A stretch of 46,991 bases of DNA, taken from IMG/VR virus record IMGVR_UViG_3300005662_000071, positions 1 to 46,991 of that record; one strand, written 5' to 3'. Under the pieces are notes generated by a model. That model saw only the letters and a list, made by a program, of their open reading frames with translations, was not told where the DNA came from and did no database searches. A program made the position numbers and the translations under genes. This document shows positions 18,941-25,870 of the stretch, piece by piece (position 1 is the stretch's first letter; each line of letters starts with the position of its first letter). The DNA is from a virus (taxonomy: Duplodnaviria; Caudoviricetes).

Positions 18941-19151
18941 TAGCTAACTGTAGTCCCATCAGTACTCCTTCCATTTTGAGTACGTCGGTTGCCAAATCTT
19001 GACGTTTGCTAAAATCAATAGAGGTGATGCCATACGGATTTAATTTGACGTTGGCAAAATCTTCCTCCATCTTTGCAAGCTCTTGTTCGTTTTGTTCTTT
19101 TTGTAAAGAAACATTTTTCATAGTTTCTTCTAAAATAGATTTAAATGTCAT
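18906..19151 (-). CDS. Small helical/coiled-coil hypothetical protein
   Basis: 81 aa, E/K/Q/L-rich, GGAG RBS upstream, in line with the operon. Confidence 0.7.
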   Translation of the reverse strand: MTFKSILEETMKNVSLQKEQNEQELAKMEEDFANVKLNPYGITSIDFSKRQDLATDVLKMEGVLMGLQLAIETYESASTAA

Positions 19152-19156
19152 AGTAA

Positions 19157-19954
19157 TTACTCCTTAGTTTTATACTTATTTAGAACCAAGCTGGTTCTGG
19201 CCAAACGTGACTTGAGACTGTCGTGAGGCAATAGTGTGCAATTAGCGGCAAAATTAAAACTTCGCTCTCTTTCAAAATCTTTTTCGGTTGCTTTAACGAT
19301 TTCTACATTTAATTTCGACATTGATAGTGTTGATTTCTCGATTGGAATAATCTGACACAAAGGAGTTCCTGCCCTGACCAATGTTTCGCCTTCAAGTACA
19401 TGCCAAAATAATTGCACGTTTATGGCATGCATATACTTTGGATCAAGAAATCCGTGTGCGGCTGTAAAGCGAGGTTCTTTGTTATAGCTAATTGGGATTT
19501 GTAAGAAAATTAAATCGTCACTGGCATCTAGTCGCCATGGCGTTTCAACTTTTATTACACTCTTAAGTGTCGTGCTTGCATCATCTAATAACGGCTCAAC
19601 TTGCGATGGTGTATGAGATGCTATGTAGTTAGCAGTACCCGGAGTACCTTTACTAAACTTAATAGGTTCAGCCCACTCAAAAAATGTACCATCTCCCGAT
19701 GTCTTAATTACAAAATCAGCAGGTGCAGTAACGACCCATCCTGTAGTAATCAGTTTTCTAATGCCTGGGCAGTGTTTAGAACTTAATTCAGTAGTATTAG
19801 TTTGCTCTTCAAATTCAAATGGGCGGCGGACTGCCGTTGCTCTGACAATAGGAAATAGATCATATACCCCTGACTCAAGGGTATAAAATCTCACATACGA
19901 TTTCTTTTTAAAAAATGATAGTAGTTTATTAAACAGCGTGATCATCTTTTCCAC
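19157..19954 (-). CDS. Uncharacterised protein, paralog of 5146-5976
   Basis: CPGIRKLITTGWVVTAPADF, VIKVETPWR, QLFWHVLEGETLVRAGTPLCQ. Confidence 0.6.
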   Translation of the reverse strand: MEKMITLFNKLLSFFKKKSYVRFYTLESGVYDLFPIVRATAVRRPFEFEEQTNTTELSSKHCPGIRKLITTGWVVTAPADFVIKTSGDGTFFEWAEPIKFSKGTPGTANYIASHTPSQVEPLLDDASTTLKSVIKVETPWRLDASDDLIFLQIPISYNKEPRFTAAHGFLDPKYMHAINVQLFWHVLEGETLVRAGTPLCQIIPIEKSTLSMSKLNVEIVKATEKDFERERSFNFAANCTLLPHDSLKSRLARTSLVLNKYKTKE

Positions 19955-21545
19955 CGTAGATATTTTGTTTTAAAAATTCATAGTGGCTAGGTAGTGTCTT
20001 AACATGGTCTACAACAAAATCTCTGTAGTTTTCATAACTGCGCTTAGTAAAGCCAATTTCTTGTTCCTTAACTAAAGGATCCATTCTATTACCACCGTAG
20101 AAAATTAATTCTTTTGTAGATATAGATTTAACTCCCATGCCTGCGGCAATAAAAATTGAGCCTGTCAAATCTTGCTGATATGTTTGGCCTCCTACAATGT
20201 TTCCTAATAAGTTTGGAAACATTGCATTCATTAGCATAAATTCACCCATTTGATCAGGACAGTATTCATTTAATTCTGTGCACCAGCGCCAGTATGGTGT
20301 ATCTGTCCTGTTTGACAGCGCATAGTGTAATGCTATAAAATCTCTAAATTTGCACACTTCATTTTCAACAGACAGATTAAACCCTTCTATCTCTGATCGA
20401 GTAATAAACCCTTGTCTACGATTTAGAGATTCTACTAGTTTAATAATGTTCTCATGTGTTGTCAATAATCCTGTTGATTCTAAAGGTTCTACAAATCCAT
20501 AACTTAGGCCAACACCTACAACGTTAGCGACCCATGCACGGCGACGTCTACCGTGCTTAATATCAATATGAATCATTTCTGCATTTTCTGCTCGTTCTTT
20601 AGATCCGGTAGTGGCAAGATGTTGTCTAAATTCTTTTTCTGCTTCTTCTTGGGTGCAGAATCTTGATGAATATACATAGCCTGTTCCAATTCTGTTCCAC
20701 AACGGAATGTTCCAAACCCATCCGTTGCCGAGCGCATGACAGTCTGTTACGTTGTGCATCTCTTTTTCACGATCTTCGTACGGGATACGGCAAGCCATGG
20801 CTTTATTATTGGCTAACATCTTTTCAAAAGGTCTAAATTCTGATCCCATCCATCCTTCTAACAGAATAGATCTAAAACCAGTACAGTCGATCCAGAGATC
20901 TGATTTAAGTACAGTTGCATCAGTTAGCATTATATCAGTTATGTTGCCTAAGTGATCTTTCTTATGTGAGTGTACATCACCTATAATATGTGTAACACCA
21001 TTGGGAATTGCTATGGTTTCTTTTAAATATTTTCCAAGTAGCTGAGCATCCATGTGATATGCAGTATCGTACTTAAAGTCAAAGTTTCTTAAAAGATGTT
21101 GTTCATCTTTTGTTTGCTTGTTATACTTGGCTAGCATGGTATTGCCAGTGCATACAAACTCTGCAAAGGTACTAGGACCGTACTCGTCGGGGTACAGAGT
21201 CGATAGCTCAGACCAGCTTTGAATTCCATTTGGCTTATCGGTAAAATCAAATCCTGCACTAAAAGGATATTCAAAGAATGTGCCGTCATTTTGTCTAAAA
21301 TTAGTAAAACGAATAGAATTTTTATAGGTAGCATTACATGCCGCCATCCAATCTTCATCTTTAAGACCTAGTAGTCCAAAAAACTTGTTAATATGTCCCA
21401 GTGTGCTTTCGCCCACGCCAATAGTACCTACTTTTGAAGATTCTACTAGGGTAACATCTAGATGTGGGCAAAGTTTTGATAGCGCGGCTGCTGTCATCCA
21501 GCCTGAACTGCCACCGCCAATAATTGTAACCTTTTTGATCTGCAT
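19929..21545 (-). CDS. Flavin-dependent tryptophan halogenase family protein (canonical motifs)
   Basis: GGGSSG, IGVGEST, ATYKNS, GWVWNIPL, FVEPLESTG, LHY..RTDTPYW. Confidence 0.93.
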   Translation of the reverse strand: MQIKKVTIIGGGSSGWMTAAALSKLCPHLDVTLVESSKVGTIGVGESTLGHINKFFGLLGLKDEDWMAACNATYKNSIRFTNFRQNDGTFFEYPFSAGFDFTDKPNGIQSWSELSTLYPDEYGPSTFAEFVCTGNTMLAKYNKQTKDEQHLLRNFDFKYDTAYHMDAQLLGKYLKETIAIPNGVTHIIGDVHSHKKDHLGNITDIMLTDATVLKSDLWIDCTGFRSILLEGWMGSEFRPFEKMLANNKAMACRIPYEDREKEMHNVTDCHALGNGWVWNIPLWNRIGTGYVYSSRFCTQEEAEKEFRQHLATTGSKERAENAEMIHIDIKHGRRRRAWVANVVGVGLSYGFVEPLESTGLLTTHENIIKLVESLNRRQGFITRSEIEGFNLSVENEVCKFRDFIALHYALSNRTDTPYWRWCTELNEYCPDQMGEFMLMNAMFPNLLGNIVGGQTYQQDLTGSIFIAAGMGVKSISTKELIFYGGNRMDPLVKEQEIGFTKRSYENYRDFVVDHVKTLPSHYEFLKQNIYGGKDDHAV

Positions 21546-21570
21546 TGAAATTCCTTAATTTTAGATGAAA

Positions 21571-21578
21571 TATTTATA
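21571..21578 (-). promoter_or_regulatory. Perfect T4 late promoter TATAAATA heading the halogenase/oxygenase operon
   Basis: Plus strand tatttata at 21571-21578; followed on the minus strand by an AAGGAA RBS and ATG 21545. Confidence 0.75.
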
Positions 21579-21597
21579 CTGCTATCGAGCACTGGTG

Positions 21598-21625
21598 AAT
21601 AAAAAAGGCACCCTAAAGTGCCTTT
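21598..21625 (-). terminator. Rho-independent terminator of the tail fibre block
   Basis: On minus: AAAGGCAC-TTTAGG-GTGCCTTT hairpin with a T-run (TTTTTTATT) after the GC stem, about 20 nt after the stop of 21647-22138. Confidence 0.8.
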
Positions 21626-21646
21626 GTTTGTTCTAGAGCAAACTTA

Positions 21647-22138
21647 TTAGTTACTGCTCCAACCAGAATAACGTTTCCACGCTGGCAACTCAGCAGTAGA
21701 AGGTCTAGGTTCTTTATCTGCGCCTGGCTCACTTACAATAGATTCCGCCATCATTTCTTCTAATGTTTTTGGAACTACTGGTGTTGGCTTAGGGATAATA
21801 GACTTAACGTTGGTGATGTGTTGATACCAGTCACCTTCTGTACTAATGGTTCCATTAGTTCTTAGTTCATGATATAACATGTCTAGTTGTTGGCCAATTT
21901 GTCCATAGGCTACAGATCTAGCAACACCGTTGTTAGTAAACGGGCCGTCTCTTTCAATCCATACCATTTCTTGAGCAGATGGACTCCACTCTAGTGTCCA
22001 ATCTAATGTAATCTCGTCAGGTGCGTTGACCCATTGAATAGTTGCATCAGGGCCGCAGTAAATCTCATAGTCTTCACCTGGATCTACAATTTGTTGTACC
22101 CAACCTTGATAACCTATTAATGCTTTTTTCATAATCAA
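21647..22138 (-). CDS. Tail-fibre-associated (assembly chaperone-like) protein
   Basis: YGQIGQQLDMLYH..W...I..VK..IPKP pattern seen in small genes that follow phage fibre genes; position supports this. Confidence 0.5.
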   Translation of the reverse strand: MIMKKALIGYQGWVQQIVDPGEDYEIYCGPDATIQWVNAPDEITLDWTLEWSPSAQEMVWIERDGPFTNNGVARSVAYGQIGQQLDMLYHELRTNGTISTEGDWYQHITNVKSIIPKPTPVVPKTLEEMMAESIVSEPGADKEPRPSTAELPAWKRYSGWSSN

Positions 22139-22143
22139 ATTCC

Positions 22144-22998
22144 TTATTTGTATTCTTCAATAACAACAATTCCAGGGCGACCATCTGATCCCCTATGTCC
22201 GTGAAAGTGTCCGCCGGTGCCTCCAGTGCCTGGTGCTGAATGCCCTTGGTGGTTATGTGCAAAATGTCCACCTTGCGGGTGACCACTTGGAGCAGCCCCG
22301 CCAAAATACGTTGTGCCGCCTGGGCCAAAGCTGTGGTGGTGATCACCACCACTGCCTTGATGTAAGTTTAAGTCACCGCCAGAACCGTTTCCACTTACGC
22401 CGCCAGAGTGTTGATTTTGTCTATTGGCTCCGTGTCCGCCACCTGCTGACATATACGGGCCAAAGCTAGTAGTATTGCCGTTGCCGCCTGCACCTGAATA
22501 ATAAGTGCCGCCGCCACCGCCGCCAATAGTAACATTTACTGAGCTTATTCCAGTTACATCCATAACTCTCTCAGAATAGCCGCCTGCGGCACCTGATTCA
22601 CCATGTCCGCTGGCACCGCCACCGCCACCTACTAATTTTACTCTAATGTATCTAACGCCGCCTGGTCTATTCCAAGTGCCGTTACTGGTGAATACTTGCA
22701 TACCGCTAAAGCCAAGAGTTGAATATTCATACCCGTTAGCTGAACCGTTCATTCTTAACACAGTATTAGCACTGCCAACACTAGATAACCCAGTACCGCC
22801 TCTGCTAACTGCAAGACTGCCAGTAACTACACTTGAATTTAAATTTACTGCGCTAGCCGCAAATTTTCCAGAAGTTACTGCACCGTCTTGTATGTTACTT
22901 GCAGATACAGTAGTAGATGCAATTTTTGCTCCGGTAATAGTACCGTCAGCAAACGAGGTATCAATTAAATTTTTTAACGTTTGATAATTAAATGGCAT
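22144..22998 (-). CDS. Gly/His-rich tail fibre/adhesin-like protein (paralog 3)
   Basis: MPFNYQTLKN start, about 10-residue periodic shaft, FTSNGTW.RP.GV..I.V..VGGGGG glycine-rich domain, 15 His in the C-terminal domain. Confidence 0.7.
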   Translation of the reverse strand: MPFNYQTLKNLIDTSFADGTITGAKIASTTVSASNIQDGAVTSGKFAASAVNLNSSVVTGSLAVSRGGTGLSSVGSANTVLRMNGSANGYEYSTLGFSGMQVFTSNGTWNRPGGVRYIRVKLVGGGGGASGHGESGAAGGYSERVMDVTGISSVNVTIGGGGGGTYYSGAGGNGNTTSFGPYMSAGGGHGANRQNQHSGGVSGNGSGGDLNLHQGSGGDHHHSFGPGGTTYFGGAAPSGHPQGGHFAHNHQGHSAPGTGGTGGHFHGHRGSDGRPGIVVIEEYK

Positions 22999-23010
22999 CC
23001 TAAATCTCTC

Positions 23011-23874
23011 TTAAAAGAACTCTGTAATAACAACTAACCCTGGACGACCATCAGAGCCTCTATGTCCGCTAAAGTAGCCACTTGTGCCACCTGTTCCCGG
23101 AGCTGAATGTCCTTGGTGGTTATGTGCAAAGTGGCCTCCTTGTGGATGTCCTGCAGGTGCAGGTCCTCCCCAAAAACTTGATCCGCCCATACCCGATGAT
23201 CGCTGTTCATGACTGCCACCACCGCCACCGTAGACATTCAAGTCTCCGCCTGATCCAACACCAGGTAATCCACCATTGTGTTGATTATGTCTGTTGGCTC
23301 CATGACCACCACCTGCTGAAACATATGGTCCAAAACTAGTAGAGTTTCCGTTGCCACCTGCGTTTGAGTAGTATGTTCCGCCACCTCCACCGCCGATGGT
23401 AATATTAACGTTATTAATGCTGGTTACATCTAACATTCTTTCTGCGTAGCCGCCTGCGGCACCTGACTCTCCGTGGCCGCTACCGCCGCCACCTGCACCT
23501 TGAACTTGAATTTGTATATATCTAACTCTACTGTCGCCCTTTGACCAAGTACCGTTACCAGTAAAGACGACCATGCGATAAATTCCAGAAGGTTTAAATT
23601 CTGTTGCGTTATTAGATGAGTTAGTTGTTAGCACATGATACGCAGATCCAAATCCAGTTTGTCCTGTACCGCCTCTACTAAACGGAAGTGTACCGGAAAC
23701 TGTCGCAGAGCCTAAGTTTACAGATCCCACGCCCATTTGAGTTGATGTGATTGTTCCGTTAGCTATTTTTGAATTAGTCACCGCGTTGGCAGCTAAGTCT
23801 GATCCTGTTACTGTAGAATCAACTAGTGCTTGACTTCCTGTTAAATTCTTTAATACTTGATAATTAAATGGCAT
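23011..23874 (-). CDS. Gly/His-rich tail fibre/adhesin-like protein (paralog 2)
   Basis: Same architecture; GHPQGGHFAHNHQGHSAPGTGG..GHRGSDGRPG. Confidence 0.7.
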   Translation of the reverse strand: MPFNYQVLKNLTGSQALVDSTVTGSDLAANAVTNSKIANGTITSTQMGVGSVNLGSATVSGTLPFSRGGTGQTGFGSAYHVLTTNSSNNATEFKPSGIYRMVVFTGNGTWSKGDSRVRYIQIQVQGAGGGGSGHGESGAAGGYAERMLDVTSINNVNITIGGGGGGTYYSNAGGNGNSTSFGPYVSAGGGHGANRHNQHNGGLPGVGSGGDLNVYGGGGGSHEQRSSGMGGSSFWGGPAPAGHPQGGHFAHNHQGHSAPGTGGTSGYFSGHRGSDGRPGLVVITEFF

Positions 23875-23885
23875 GTCTACTTCTC

Positions 23886-24737
23886 TTAATAAAAGTTAGT
23901 TACAACAACTATACCTGGACGGCCATCTGACCCTCTATGCCCGTGAAAGTGGGCGCCTGCTCCACCTGTTCCCGGAGCTGTATGTGTTTGATGATTATGT
24001 GCAAAGTGTCCGCCTTGTGGATGATTACCCGGGGCGCCGCCACCAAAGAATGTATTTGCACAACTTTGAGCACTATAAGCATGATGGCTAAAGCCGCCGC
24101 CGCTGTGAATATTTAAGTTTCCACCTGATCCTACACCACTAACGCCACCCGAATGTTGGTTCTGTCTATTGGCTCCGTGTCCACCACCTGCTGACACATA
24201 TGGGCCAAAACTGGTGCCGTCGCCGTTTCCGCCTGCACTTGCGTAGTATGTGCCGCTGCCGCCACCTCCTACAGAAATATTAACTGAACTAATTCCGGTT
24301 ACATCTAAGAATCTTTCAGCATATCCACCAGCACCACCGCCTTCGCCGTGGCCGCTGCCACCGCCAGCGCCTGCTTGTACTTGTACTTTGATGTACTTAA
24401 CACCTGCAGGTCGTGTCCAGGTTCCGCCACCGGTCCAAACTTGCATACTTTGAACACCGTGATTTTCCCAGCTTAGGCCAGAACCGTTACTTTGTAGTGC
24501 TCTATTAGCACCTCCAAAACTTCCTAGATTTAAGCCGCCTGCGGCAACAGTTAGAGTGCCTGTTACAGTTGAAGTACTAACATCAACTGCATTAGTTGCA
24601 AGCTCTGCTGAACCAATAACACCTGATTGAATTTTAGATGCGTCAATTGAACTATCAGCTAGGTCAGCCGCTGTTAGTGTACCGTCAATAATTGACGCAT
24701 TTGTAATGTTCTTAAGTGTTTGATAATTAAACGGCAT
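23886..24737 (-). CDS. Gly/His-rich tail fibre/adhesin-like protein (paralog 1)
   Basis: Same architecture; NHPQGGHFAHNHQTHTAPGTGG..GHRGSDGRPG. Confidence 0.7.
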   Translation of the reverse strand: MPFNYQTLKNITNASIIDGTLTAADLADSSIDASKIQSGVIGSAELATNAVDVSTSTVTGTLTVAAGGLNLGSFGGANRALQSNGSGLSWENHGVQSMQVWTGGGTWTRPAGVKYIKVQVQAGAGGGSGHGEGGGAGGYAERFLDVTGISSVNISVGGGGSGTYYASAGGNGDGTSFGPYVSAGGGHGANRQNQHSGGVSGVGSGGNLNIHSGGGFSHHAYSAQSCANTFFGGGAPGNHPQGGHFAHNHQTHTAPGTGGAGAHFHGHRGSDGRPGIVVVTNFY

Positions 24738-24749
24738 AATCTTCCTCTA

Positions 24750-25520
24750 TTAGATACCTGAATCTACTAACCATCCGTTAGTTGCTCCTGACCAAACTAG
24801 ACCAAAAGCCGCACCGCTAGTTGATACAGTCATGCTGTCTAGTTGACCCATGATCCTGTTACCATTATTACCAATAGTTAAATTTCGTACACTGAATGTT
24901 CTTGCAAAATCAATAAATCTCACAGTATCACCTAGCGTTGGGCTTGCTGGTAGGGTAATTGTAATAGGTGCAGAGCCAGTATCAGCAAATAACCTATCAC
25001 CTGCAGATGCAGTAGTACTACTACTTTGTACTACCCAAGGCTTGCCATATTTTGATTCAACAAATGTCTTAGTCATCAAGTCATAAGTATTTGTTGGTGT
25101 AAAGCTAGAACTAGCTGTTACACTACTACCGCTAACTGTTAATGTTCCAGAAATACCAACGTTGTTGGTAAATGTTCCTGAGCTACGGTTATCTGGACCG
25201 TTAGTAGTGCCCATCACTAGCCAGTTAGTACCGTCTGAATATAAGTTAATAGATCCATTTTGAACTAGTGTTTGGGTAGCGCCGCCCGACGCAACGTTAG
25301 GTGCGCCTTGGAAAATTCCACTAGGTGTTGATAGTGTTACAGTACCTGTACTTGCATTAAAAAAGTGAGCGCCGGCACCAAGGTACATCATTGGGTTCGG
25401 AACTGTAACAGTATACGGTGCCGTTCCTGTTAATTTAGTAACAATACTTTCGTTAGGAGCTGTAAGAGTTACGGCTCCAGTCGCAGTTGTAACTAGGTTT
25501 GTTGTGTTATATCGTGCCAT
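24750..25520 (-). CDS. Virion structural/fibre-associated protein
   Basis: T/G/S-rich; DTGSAPITITLPASPTLGDTVRFID..NLTIGNNGNRIMG..GW module common in T4-like fibre proteins. Confidence 0.65.
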   Translation of the reverse strand: MARYNTTNLVTTATGAVTLTAPNESIVTKLTGTAPYTVTVPNPMMYLGAGAHFFNASTGTVTLSTPSGIFQGAPNVASGGATQTLVQNGSINLYSDGTNWLVMGTTNGPDNRSSGTFTNNVGISGTLTVSGSSVTASSSFTPTNTYDLMTKTFVESKYGKPWVVQSSSTTASAGDRLFADTGSAPITITLPASPTLGDTVRFIDFARTFSVRNLTIGNNGNRIMGQLDSMTVSTSGAAFGLVWSGATNGWLVDSGI

Positions 25521-25534
25521 TTTATCCCGCCCTA

Positions 25535-25855
25535 TTATGTTGTTGAAGTTTCAATGCCGTATACAGTTGCATATACACCTGAGGCATTGCTACTAACACC
25601 AACAATATTTAATCCTGCATTCAAGACCAAACCAGTTCTTTCAAAAACACCGTTACCTGGGATAACGGTATTCCACTCAATCCACTCGCTAGCAGTTGGC
25701 GTTGTTGTAGACGCCATTGATAGTTTTAATGTAATTGAACTTGCGTTCTGATTTGTAATAGAAACGTTTGCAATAGCATAGTATCCGGTTGGTACCGTAT
25801 ACAATGTTGTATTACTGCTTCCTACTTGAAAAGTTGCTAATCTTCCTGTTGCCAT
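25535..25855 (-). CDS. Small beta-rich virion protein
   Basis: TLYTVP..VSITN..IPGNGVFERTGLVL..VYGIE; similar in pattern to 43082-43414. Confidence 0.6.
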   Translation of the reverse strand: MATGRLATFQVGSSNTTLYTVPTGYYAIANVSITNQNASSITLKLSMASTTTPTASEWIEWNTVIPGNGVFERTGLVLNAGLNIVGVSSNASGVYATVYGIETSTT

Positions 25856-25870
25856 GTTTTATTTCTCCAT

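Noticed and set aside
5146-21545. Bacterial secondary-metabolite gene cluster
   Set aside because: No NRPS, PKS, transporter or regulator; flanked on both sides by T4-like structural genes and phage late promoter motifs.
5146-21545. DNA hypermodification (TET/JBP-type) cluster
   Set aside because: No TET/JBP-like signature, methyltransferase, glycosyltransferase or thymidylate-synthase homolog recognised, and the late promoter context argues against it. Not fully excluded.
22144-24737. Diversity-generating retroelement (TR/VR) or shufflon among the three similar fibre C-termini
   Set aside because: Differences are mostly synonymous third-position changes rather than adenine-specific, all three copies are full genes with their own RBS, and there is no reverse transcriptase or invertase in the window.
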